Origin: an uncultured virus (IMG/VR IMGVR_UViG_3300020175_000006)
Lineage: Duplodnaviria; Heunggongvirae; Uroviricota; Caudoviricetes
Strand: one strand, 5' to 3'
Virus record (IMG/VR): IMGVR_UViG_3300020175_000006
Length of the DNA: 20,000 nucleotides
Shown here one piece after another: positions 8,192 through 17,400 of this stretch. The notes below the pieces were generated by a model. It searched no databases, was not told the DNA's origin, and worked only from the letters and a program-made list of their open reading frames with translations. Both the position numbers and the translations under genes were made by a program. The stretch's first letter is position 1, and each line of letters starts with the position of its first letter.

Positions 8192-9751
8192 ATGGGTACT
8201 AAAAGGGCATTAAATAAAATAACTGATATAGAAAATCAGATTATAAGTGAAGGGATAAAAAGAAAAGTATCACCGAACGTCCCAAAAGAAATTTTAAAAG
8301 AAATGAAAAAAATAGGTATCGAAAGATTACCTTACTCTTATTCAGCCTTAGAACGTTTTATAGATAAAGAAACTATGAACGTACACTACAATAAACATTA
8401 TAAAGGTTATGTTAATAAACTTAATGATGCGATAAAAGATAAAAAGGGTAAGGACAAAAAATTAAAAGATATTGTGAAAACAATATCAATGTACGACAGA
8501 ACTGTAAAAAATAATGCTGGCGGAGCGTTCAACCACGCATTGTTTTGGAAAATGTTAAGTCCTAAAAGGCAAAGATGTTCAGGAGAAATCTATGAGAAAA
8601 TTATTAAAGAGTATAAAACGTTTAATAACTTTAAAAAGTTATTTGAGTCCGCAGCTCAAAAAAGATTTGGTTCAGGGTGGGTATGGCTTGTTTTAACAAA
8701 AAATAATAGGTTAAAAATAATGACTACTGCAAATCAAGACAACCCTCTTATGAATACCATTAAAGACGGTGGACTTCCATTATTAGGTTTGGATTTATGG
8801 GAACACTCTTATTATTTAAAATATAGAAATAAAAAAGACGATTATATAAAAAACTTTTGGTCAGTAGTGAATTGGGATTTTGTGAACAACTTATATACAT
8901 CTAACCCTAAATCCTCAATAAAGGAGTCGTTTAATAAAAAAAATCTTATTGTTGAAATTGAGAGTCAGGGGTGTAATTCAAGACAAGTTAAACAGACCAT
9001 AGAATTATTTAACACCAATCCTCAAATAAAGTGGAAATATCGTACCGTAATTGATAAGGTTTTTAAAGAAATCTTTAAAGATTATTGGAGAGAAAAAGAA
9101 GGAGAGCAGTTATCGGGTATATATGACTTTGAATATAAAGGGAGTGTTGAAGGAGGTCGGTCGGTATTAAATAAAATCAATACAAACGCAACTACATTTT
9201 GTATTTTAAAAAATGACATTAATATTACTTTAAAACATTATGGACACCCTCCGATTAGTTTTTACGGAAAAAATAAAAATGAACAAATAAAGGAATTATA
9301 TCGATTTTTAAAATATATCATCCATTGGAAAGATAGTCTATTTAAAAATACATCAAACACTTTTGACTCTATGTATACCGCGGTTAATAGAAAAAATAAA
9401 CAAGGTGATAAAACTGAAAATTTAGCGGTTAAAGAATTACAAAAAGTGTTCGGAGTTTCTAACGTAAAAAAAGTTGGTGAATTAGGTAGTGTTATAGATG
9501 CTATCGGTGGTGTTGATGCGATTATAAGGACAGATAATGGAGATAAAACTGTACAAATAAAACCATTTAGAGATTATATTATTGAAGATGGGAAAATAAC
9601 TATGGTCGGAACAGGTGTTATAAAACAGTATAAAACCGATATGTTAGTATTTCATAATAAAAATAAAGGAATAGTGGTATTTGATAATAACAACACCCAA
9701 ATTAAAAACGGGAAATATGTTTTTGATAAAGAGTCTCAATATAAGTCTTGA
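8192..9751 (+). CDS. Fe/Mn superoxide dismutase (aa ~42-236) fused to a helical region and a C-terminal PD-(D/E)xK-like nuclease domain
   Basis: LPYSYSALE, VHYNKHYKGY (H65, Y73), GGAFNHALFW (H115), FGSGWVWL, NQDNP (Q182), DLWEHSYY (D201, H205): all four metal ligands present. C-terminus GDKTE(409)...GGVD(442)AII...VQIK(457). SOD call is firm; nuclease call is tentative. Confidence 0.85.
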   Translation: MGTKRALNKITDIENQIISEGIKRKVSPNVPKEILKEMKKIGIERLPYSYSALERFIDKETMNVHYNKHYKGYVNKLNDAIKDKKGKDKKLKDIVKTISMYDRTVKNNAGGAFNHALFWKMLSPKRQRCSGEIYEKIIKEYKTFNNFKKLFESAAQKRFGSGWVWLVLTKNNRLKIMTTANQDNPLMNTIKDGGLPLLGLDLWEHSYYLKYRNKKDDYIKNFWSVVNWDFVNNLYTSNPKSSIKESFNKKNLIVEIESQGCNSRQVKQTIELFNTNPQIKWKYRTVIDKVFKEIFKDYWREKEGEQLSGIYDFEYKGSVEGGRSVLNKINTNATTFCILKNDINITLKHYGHPPISFYGKNKNEQIKELYRFLKYIIHWKDSLFKNTSNTFDSMYTAVNRKNKQGDKTENLAVKELQKVFGVSNVKKVGELGSVIDAIGGVDAIIRTDNGDKTVQIKPFRDYIIEDGKITMVGTGVIKQYKTDMLVFHNKNKGIVVFDNNNTQIKNGKYVFDKESQYKS

Positions 9752-9769
9752 TAAATAAAGATTTCTAAA

Positions 9770-9784
9770 TATTTATATATAAAA
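9770..9784 (+). promoter_or_regulatory. Putative late promoter upstream of gp13-like neck gene
   Basis: TATTTATATATAAAA; TATTTAT core ends 14 nt before ATG 9791. Confidence 0.6.
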
Positions 9785-9790
9785 TATATC

Positions 9791-10903
9791 ATGTCAGCAA
9801 TTAACGAACCACAAAGAAGTAAGCTATATACTCGTATAAAACATCTATTAGGTGCTCCCTTACGTGGTGTAGAAATTACCGATGAAATGATGGATTCACT
9901 AATGGAATTATCAATTCAAGACTACGCACAATATGTTAACGATTGGTTAATTGAGGCTCAATGGACATCATTGTACGGGCTAAATTTAGATGAACAGTCG
10001 GTAACTAGAGCTTTTATAACTCGTAGTTTAGATTGGGAAACACAGTATACATACGCTTACTCAAAAATTGTCGGTTTACAGGCTGGAGGTGACTCAGTAT
10101 TAAAAAAAGATTTTATTACTTTAGTTCCTGGACAACAAATTTATGAGGTACCTGCAGGAAGAGAAATTAATGAGTTATTATGGTTTAGTAGGGCAGAGTT
10201 AGATGCGGCATTTTTTGACCCATTTATGGGTGGTTTTGGTGGTTTTGGTGGTGTAGGTTTAGGTGGAGGAGCGGGATTCTCTCAAATGGGTTCTCAGGGA
10301 AATTATTTTATAACACCGGCCTTTGATATGTTACTTAGAATGCAAGATATTAACATTAAGAGAAGAATAATTTCAGGAGATTTAACTTATAGAATTACTG
10401 CACTACCTGAAGGTAAAAAGGCGGTTCATCTAATGAATGTACCTGGAGGTAAATTTGATTTTGGTAATATTCAATATAATCAATACGTTGTGTGGTATTG
10501 GTATTATGAAACTGATGACCGTGAGACCTGTTTAGCTGAAAATCCTGACATAGTAAGATTACCTTCAGATATCCCGATAGATGAAATGTTATGGGATGAG
10601 TTAAATAATCCAGCCCAAACATGGGTTAGGAGATGGTTTACTGCTTATGTAAAAGAATCTTTAGGGAGGGTAAGAGGTAAGTACCTAGGAAATCTAAAAA
10701 CACCTGACTCCGAAATACAAATGGAGTATGACTCACTTTTAACAGAATCAAAAGACGAAAAATCAAAACTAATAGAAGAGTTAACTCAAAGGTTAGAAAG
10801 ATTAAGGCCTGATAAAATGATGGAAAGACAAGCTAATGAAGCGGAAAATTTAAATAAATCATTACAATATCGGGCATTCCCAAGACAATTTTATTCAATA
10901 TAA
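9791..10903 (+). CDS. Neck protein / head-tail adaptor (T4 gp13-like)
   Basis: N-terminal IKHLLGAPLRGVEITDEMM matches gp13 LGAP-x-x-x-VE-L/I-T; C-terminal WVRRWFTAYVKESLGRVRGKY matches gp13 WVK-x-Y-x-x-A-x-x-K-x-x-x-G. Confidence 0.85.
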   Translation: MSAINEPQRSKLYTRIKHLLGAPLRGVEITDEMMDSLMELSIQDYAQYVNDWLIEAQWTSLYGLNLDEQSVTRAFITRSLDWETQYTYAYSKIVGLQAGGDSVLKKDFITLVPGQQIYEVPAGREINELLWFSRAELDAAFFDPFMGGFGGFGGVGLGGGAGFSQMGSQGNYFITPAFDMLLRMQDINIKRRIISGDLTYRITALPEGKKAVHLMNVPGGKFDFGNIQYNQYVVWYWYYETDDRETCLAENPDIVRLPSDIPIDEMLWDELNNPAQTWVRRWFTAYVKESLGRVRGKYLGNLKTPDSEIQMEYDSLLTESKDEKSKLIEELTQRLERLRPDKMMERQANEAENLNKSLQYRAFPRQFYSI

Positions 10904-10904
10904 T

Positions 10905-11237
10905 ATGGCAATTTTTAAATCAACACCAATTACAAAAATTATTAATGGTCTAACCATTAAAACTTCAGAATCAACACTTTTAAGTAGTGAATCGTATACC
11001 ACAAGCGGAGAGGCTGCGATTATTATTAAAGATGTTAAAGTCTGTAAATTACAATTAGATTCAAATACGACTGAACACGTAACAATTAAAGCGTTAACCG
11101 ATGTTTTAGTGGTCGGAGATTATTCGATTGATGAGGAATTCGATGAAATAGAATTACAGAATGGTGCGTCTGTAGAACTTAGATTTATAAGAGATGGTTG
11201 GTTTATTATGTCGTCTGATGGTCTAAAGAATTCATAA
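10905..11237 (+). CDS. Hypothetical 110-aa beta-rich protein, probably virion-associated
   Basis: ORF track; starts 1 nt after the gp13-like stop; 3' end overlaps the convergent DNA polymerase by 32 nt. Confidence 0.7.
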   Translation: MAIFKSTPITKIINGLTIKTSESTLLSSESYTTSGEAAIIIKDVKVCKLQLDSNTTEHVTIKALTDVLVVGDYSIDEEFDEIELQNGASVELRFIRDGWFIMSSDGLKNS

Positions 11238-13965
11238 GAATTTTATTTTTCTCAACATAATTAGTGTTAACTAATTCTTCGGTTCCTTCTAAATACATGT
11301 AGAAAGGGTTAATTCCAACACTTTTCCAAAACACTTTTTCAGTGTCAGATAGGGTAAGTACCTCATCTAAAGTATCTTGGTCACCTTCTTTTCTTGGGTA
11401 TCCTCTAACTAATTTAGTTTGAGTTTTTGTAAAAAACGGTCTATCTTCAGGATTTTCAATTAATATTTCATCTCGTATTTCAGGAGAAAATACAACTAAT
11501 AGAGGTTCAATTCTCTTATTAAACGCAGTTACATAACGAGGAACATTATAATCTCCTAACTTATCTGGTGTATCTTCGATATCTTTTTCTTTTACATGAT
11601 AACAGTTAATTACCACCTCATCTTTTTTCTTTTGTACATCTCCATGAGATTTACGGGTTCCGTTATTTACGTAGTAAATTGTATCTCCTAACCCGACACT
11701 TAAGTTATTTGCCAATGCTAATTCCATATGTGCTTGTCGAGACATAAAAGAACCTGACTTAGTTCTTTTTGTAATATGAACTTTGTAATCGTCAAGAGAC
11801 TGTTTTACACGAGCTTTGTTCGCTATTTTAGAAATAGGTATTTCTCTGTTATATAATTTACCTAGATATTCATAGTATGAGTCTAAGAATTCTTGACCTT
11901 TACCGTCCAACAACATATTCAATCCTGAATCTAAGAACTCCGCAACATACGTCTGAAGTTTTTTAGACTTAATCGAGTTTCCTGTAAGTTTAACCTTACC
12001 CTTATCTGTAAGTAGTGCGTAGTTTTTACGTGCTACATTAATAGTTGCTGGCCATTGACCGTCAGTGTCGAGACCCATTTCTCCTCTCATAAATATATCA
12101 TTATATTCTGCAACATCTGCTTCTGAGCCCGAATATTCTTTACCTTCTTCTACAAGACCATTCAAACCTTTACCTACGTATTTGTGGTCTTCTCTACCAT
12201 CAGGAACCGCAAAGTTAACACCATCAGTGTCCATAACTAATGGTTCGTACCCACGCTCCATAAACCACATAATCATTTGCCTTAGGTATTGTCTACCCGT
12301 ACAAGTAATTTGTTCACCCATATCCATATCACCCCATGGAAATACGTGAGGAGCGGACAGAGAACCAAAGAATGCGTTAATAAAAATCTTAATCGGAAGT
12401 TGTTTTCGATTGTACTGTGAAGACAATTTAGGGTCCGAAAGGTAATGGTCGGATGCTAACTTCTTATATTTAATACGGGTATCACGGAAATACTTCAACA
12501 TACTCTTCATTGCCCCCGTAACATCACACTTAGGAAATACATCGTGCACGAGTTGAATAGAGGGGTATAGAGACGAGTAGTCGAGCTTCAACACGTCAGT
12601 GGAGTACCCGACCTGTAATAGTCGAGACAGACCCCCTGTAAATGAACGCTTGTCCCCTTTCTTAGGTATTGCGAGCCCATGTTTATACGACCATGACATC
12701 ATAATCATTTTCCATAGTGTTGCAGTACCCATTGTAGACAATCTCTCATATGTTGTAGGTACAAGTTTAGCGAGAAGGAAGTTGGCTTGGTTGAACTCTT
12801 CGTCAACCACCATAGTTTCCCAAATATCATCATACAGATATCTCTCGATGAGGTACTCACCGTTTACTTCTTCATAGTGACCAGGGAACCTTTCCATAAG
12901 ATTTTCTGTACCGGGAGAGCCCACCTCTTTATAACCGCCAGTCTTAGGGTTGAAATAATAATCTTTATTATCAAAATATATTTTTCCAATCTTATCACCT
13001 TTGACGTATACACGATTTTCCTTTTCCGCTCCGATAAATTGAGTAATATACTTAAGACCCCAACTTTTTATGTCTGAGTTAATTGCTTGAGCTCTCCTAA
13101 CGGCATGTGCAATGTCTACAATATTATACCCCCACATCATGGTCTGAGTATAATCTTCCATCTCATTTGCAAGCTTCAACATCCCTTGTTTTTGTCTAAG
13201 TTTTTTTTCGGGGTTAAGGGTCTTAGCTATTTTTCCTATATCCAAACCCAACATTTCCGCTCTTGTTAAAATAAAAGGAAAATCGAAAAACGCTGAGTTA
13301 TATCCACCAACTAATGTCGGTTTTAGATAATTAATGGCATTAAAAAATTCGACAATCATCTCCTTTTCCTCCTCTTCATTTTGTGCCGATATCACCTTTT
13401 CATAACCTCTATTATCTTTCATGCCGATTAGGAATATTTTTTCAGTATTTGCATCCAAACCTGTGGTCTCGATGTCAAACACAAAACGATGTACTTCATC
13501 ATACTCATCAAATCCCTTAAACAATCTTTTTTGTTTCTGACAAAGATACTGTTCTACTGGAGATAGTATCGCAATCGCATTTGTATTCTCTCTATCCCAA
13601 GGATTTAATCCTCCATTTTTAAAAAAGTTAACTAAGTTTGAGTAGGTCTTGGTTGTCTTTACCATATACTTCAGACCTTGTTCCATTCTTACATCGCCAT
13701 GAGTATCTAACGTTTCGATTAGAATACCGTGTTCTGACATGGCTTGTTTTTGTGCATGTTTAGAACCGTTATAAAAATTCTTACCCTTTAAATCGCCGAC
13801 CCATGCGAACGGTATAAAAGAGTCTGTTTTAATTTGTTTCCCGTTTGTAGGGTGTTGAATAACCTTAAAAATCTTATTAGACCTATAGTCATATTCTAAG
13901 GCTACAATATATTTTTCTTCATCCTCTCCGTGGAGGAACTTTTCAATTTCTTCTTGTGAGACCAT
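11206..13965 (-). CDS. Family B DNA polymerase with 3'-5' exonuclease, 919 aa
   Basis: ExoI FDIETTG, ExoII GYNSAFFDFPF, ExoIII YLYDD; motif A DYSSLYPS, motif B KIFINAFFG, motif C DTDG, then RKNYA. Confidence 0.96.
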   Translation of the reverse strand: MVSQEEIEKFLHGEDEEKYIVALEYDYRSNKIFKVIQHPTNGKQIKTDSFIPFAWVGDLKGKNFYNGSKHAQKQAMSEHGILIETLDTHGDVRMEQGLKYMVKTTKTYSNLVNFFKNGGLNPWDRENTNAIAILSPVEQYLCQKQKRLFKGFDEYDEVHRFVFDIETTGLDANTEKIFLIGMKDNRGYEKVISAQNEEEEKEMIVEFFNAINYLKPTLVGGYNSAFFDFPFILTRAEMLGLDIGKIAKTLNPEKKLRQKQGMLKLANEMEDYTQTMMWGYNIVDIAHAVRRAQAINSDIKSWGLKYITQFIGAEKENRVYVKGDKIGKIYFDNKDYYFNPKTGGYKEVGSPGTENLMERFPGHYEEVNGEYLIERYLYDDIWETMVVDEEFNQANFLLAKLVPTTYERLSTMGTATLWKMIMMSWSYKHGLAIPKKGDKRSFTGGLSRLLQVGYSTDVLKLDYSSLYPSIQLVHDVFPKCDVTGAMKSMLKYFRDTRIKYKKLASDHYLSDPKLSSQYNRKQLPIKIFINAFFGSLSAPHVFPWGDMDMGEQITCTGRQYLRQMIMWFMERGYEPLVMDTDGVNFAVPDGREDHKYVGKGLNGLVEEGKEYSGSEADVAEYNDIFMRGEMGLDTDGQWPATINVARKNYALLTDKGKVKLTGNSIKSKKLQTYVAEFLDSGLNMLLDGKGQEFLDSYYEYLGKLYNREIPISKIANKARVKQSLDDYKVHITKRTKSGSFMSRQAHMELALANNLSVGLGDTIYYVNNGTRKSHGDVQKKKDEVVINCYHVKEKDIEDTPDKLGDYNVPRYVTAFNKRIEPLLVVFSPEIRDEILIENPEDRPFFTKTQTKLVRGYPRKEGDQDTLDEVLTLSDTEKVFWKSVGINPFYMYLEGTEELVNTNYVEKNKILMNSLDHQTT

Positions 13966-13980
13966 ACTTTTTAACTTTTC

Positions 13981-14026
13981 ACCTGAGATATTATTCTCAC
14001 ATCGTTTTGACGTGATTTCTCTTGGT
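13981..14026 (-). promoter_or_regulatory. Structured 5' leader (nested stem-loop) of DNA polymerase mRNA
   Basis: ACC-AA-GAGA-AA-[TCACGTC-AAAAC-GATGTGA]-GAATAATA-TCTC-A-GGT; ends 15 nt before the ATG. Confidence 0.55.
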
Positions 14027-14034
14027 ATTTGTTA

Positions 14035-14066
14035 CAAAGATAATCTACAATTTAAAGTTTGTCAAA
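14035..14066 (-). promoter_or_regulatory. Bacteroidota primary-sigma promoter for DNA polymerase
   Basis: TTTG (14066-14063), 20-nt spacer, TATCTTTG (14042-14035): exact match to the -33 TTTG / -7 TAnnTTTG consensus. Confidence 0.75.
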
Positions 14067-14415
14067 TAATATTAATAAATAAAGGCTCCCTGATTGGCGC
14101 TATTAAAATCCCGTCTTTGGTTGTAATTGAGAACTCTCCGATAAAACGACCTTTTTGGTTTGTATCTCTCGAAGTCCATTTATAATATATGTAATACTCT
14201 CGTGGTGTGTCAGGATTTATTAATAACTTTTCAGTTATGTATGCGTTATTCATAATAATTTTTTCCAAACCATCCGACTCTCTTTTCATTGAAAACCTTA
14301 TAACTGAGTTTACAAGTTCTTCATTAAATTTCTGATATGAGTCAGTTCTCCCATCCTGAACTATTTCCATAATTAGGATGGGAGACTCACTATTTTTATT
14401 TATAAAAAATTCCAT
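14062..14415 (-). CDS. BppU N-terminal-like (baseplate/fibre attachment) domain protein
   Basis: FFINKN-x-x-x-PIL...VIRFSM...YKW-x-x-x-DT-x-x-x-GRFIGEFSIT pattern; starts 1 nt after the giant Cys/PT-rich gene stop. Confidence 0.55.
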   Translation of the reverse strand: MEFFINKNSESPILIMEIVQDGRTDSYQKFNEELVNSVIRFSMKRESDGLEKIIMNNAYITEKLLINPDTPREYYIYYKWTSRDTNQKGRFIGEFSITTKDGILIAPIREPLFINII

Positions 14416-14416
14416 A

Positions 14417-17400
14417 TTAACAAGACGGACATTCTATAATTTTGAACCCGTAAGCGGTACTGTTAAATAACCCTCCGTAAACTGTTAAAGTATAAATTGA
14501 TTCTCCCTGAGGTTTTTCAAAAGAGAATACTCGTGAGCCATTTGAATATCCTCCACAACCCGCATAAGTATCTAGGGGGATTGAAGGGGTCAAGCCGCAT
14601 GAGCCAGGAGATACATAAACATTACTATTAAGATTAAAATATTCTAAAGTACCTCCAATTTGACCTTTTGCACCATATCTAGAAACACCATTATCGTCCC
14701 ATACATTATCATATAATGGATATGTGTAATTACCAGCATCCGAATGGTAAGGGAAGTCGGTTACCGTAACAGGTACCGATTGGGTGCTGGTGAACTCTAA
14801 CTGGTCAGTGTCGTTATTCCACGTAAATACATTACATATATACGGACTATTCTCAACTCTACTATCAACCAAAGACTCATTAGATGGTTGACCTAACAGT
14901 AAACTATCGATAACAACCTCATCTGAGTTATTTTTAACAACAAACCGGTCATGAGCACTCTGTGCGTATAATGCGAATTTTACCGTACCCGCACAAGACG
15001 ATAAATTAAGTGTCGCATTTATAACGGTCTTTGATGTAGAATATGATTGTATAGTCCCATCGGGGTTTAAAACATTATTAAAGTTTGAAGTACTAATAGT
15101 AAAATTATCAGCACACTGTATAGCTTCAGGTATAGGTGATGACGTTACCGAAGGTGTTGGAGTAATGGTAGGTGTGATTGATGGTGTGATAGTAGGTGTG
15201 ATGGTAGGTGTTGGTGTCGGTGTATTTGATGCACAACTTTCACATCCTAAGGGGTAAGTTAAAACCTGTCCTACAACGGGACCTAACTGTGTTACGCCAG
15301 ACCACGGGATTGCTAATTCACTAGGAACAAAGCTAAGATAACAATCCCCATTTACTGATAACTCGTCTTGAAAGTCCACAAAATAATAAGTGGCCGATGC
15401 GCCGTATTGGGGTATGTAGCTAAAATCTGGTCCCGTTAAGTCGCCACTCGAATCCCATATAAAATATCCGTTTCCTGTTGTACATCCGGTAAAATAACCC
15501 GTCACTGTACACTCTATATCGAATGCATTAGCGGCATCGAAACAATTATTTACTCCTCCCTGAAATATATCTTCGTCGTCTAAATAAAAATATGCAACAT
15601 CTTCCGAAGGTGAAGTTCCGATTACCCTCCACGATAAGGGGTCTCCAGGGTTGGAATAATTCCAAACAAATACGTCACCATTATTAAGAGATGTGATGGT
15701 ACCATTAAAAATAACACCCAAAACATACCCATCAGTATCATCACTAACTGCTGAACAACACGGAATCACTTCGTAATAAACAATGGGTAGTGGTGGTGAA
15801 GAACTTGGAGTCACTGAAGGTGTTACGGTCATAGTTACCGATGGTGTCATAGTTACTGATGGTGTCATAGTTACTGATGGTGTCACAGTTACTGATGGTG
15901 TCACACTAGGTGTAACTGTTGGACATGGTTCACATAGTTGAGGGTTTAATATTAAGTCAGTACATATATTTTCTAAAAAGTTGTCTGAATTTATTGTAAT
16001 ACTACCGCTTCCACTACCTTGACCTTCAATGAATACAAAACAATTTCCTGAATATGAGAATCCATGAAATCCTAAAATAGGTTGGTCTCCCACTACTGTA
16101 ACAAACAAATCTTCAACTCCACTTGTACAACAAGACTCCGCTCGATATAATGAAGTACATGGGTTTGACGCTAAACACGAAGAACAGTTATCAAATCCGG
16201 TACTATTGTCTATTGTAAAAGAAGGTGTTAAAGTATTGTCTAATACAAAGTTTATCACAGTATAACATTGTGGTAATATGTTTTGAGTCCCGTCACCACC
16301 AAAATAGAAAGTGTCATTTGATTGAGTTATTTGATTAGTAAACTGAACATGCTCCAAATATGTTTCATTATCGCAACACCCACTTAATAATACTTTATAT
16401 ACAAATTGTGTAGGTGTCGAACTTGGAGTGACTGTGGGGGTAACCGTATTAGTTGGTGTTATAGATGGTGTTATAGTTGGTGTTATAGATGGTGTTGGTG
16501 TCATTGAAGGTGTAGGTGTTGGTGTAGGAATCTCATCTTCAATACATTCTGTACATCCTGAGTATACAGTATCAATACTAAAATTAATGACAGGTTGGTC
16601 TATACTGTTAACATCTCCCACATACTCATAGCAATTTTCTTCTTGAGTGACGTAGTAAATACCATTTAGTGTTGGATTAAGACCTTGAGTATACACCGAA
16701 GGACATGTTATTTGTTCTTGAATATATGATTGTAATTCTCCATATATTGACAACATTACAAGTAGGTCCAAAGTAGTAAGGACCCCGTCAACTCCACCAA
16801 ACGTATCACAAAAATATTCAATATTAGTACATGGACTATTAAGATAAAAAATGAAACACGCAAACATTGCGGCGTCAGTTATAACACCATTTTCATCCGC
16901 TAAAGGTGCCAAATGTGATGGTTCTTGAATTACTGTAGGTATATTGTATGTCACACCATCTGCGTTTGTATACGGTACTGTGTCGTAAGGATATGAAACT
17001 ACGGTACATTGTTCGGAACAACCTGTATATTTTTGTAAACAAGGATGATTATTTGTACATGAAGTACAACTTACTGACCCATAATTTTCGGTAATAGTCC
17101 CTTGTGAAGGCCCTGTTTGTGCCGACGATGAAAGTATTTTGTAACATCCAGAAGTAAAACTACTACTATAAGATGAGTTATTATTAATAAAATAAACGTA
17201 GTCATTAACGTTTGCAGATACGTTTAATGTGGTATTTGCAGTATAGGTAATTCCATCACAACAACCTTCCAGTGTCAATAGGTTAGTTACGATAGTCCAT
17301 GAGTCGGGAGTTGTACTTGGTGTGGGTGTAGGTGTTGGCGTTGGACAATCAGGACATAACTGTTCACCACAAATGTTATTAAACACAAAACTGTTTTGAC

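Noticed and set aside
9752..9758. Minus-strand TATTTAT pointing antisense into the SOD fusion
   Set aside because: No downstream ORF; plausible by chance in AT-rich DNA.
10225..10300. Gly-rich GGFGGFGGVGLGGGAG tract in gp13-like protein
   Set aside because: Short low-complexity loop; no evidence for an independent element.
10395..10622. 75-aa minus-strand ORF
   Set aside because: Antisense inside the gp13-like gene; no recognisable features.
12065..13269. Four plus-strand ORFs (12065, 12599, 12787, 13087)
   Set aside because: Shadow ORFs antisense to the conserved DNA polymerase.
6368..13965. Inteins or introns in helicase/polymerase; stop-codon recoding
   Set aside because: Motif spacing is normal with no intein signatures, and genes tile densely under the standard code.
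13975..14026. Glycine riboswitch resemblance (UCUCAGGU...AAAAG)
   Set aside because: Lacks the GGAGA and CCGAAG core elements and is too short for a full aptamer; context (polB) does not fit.
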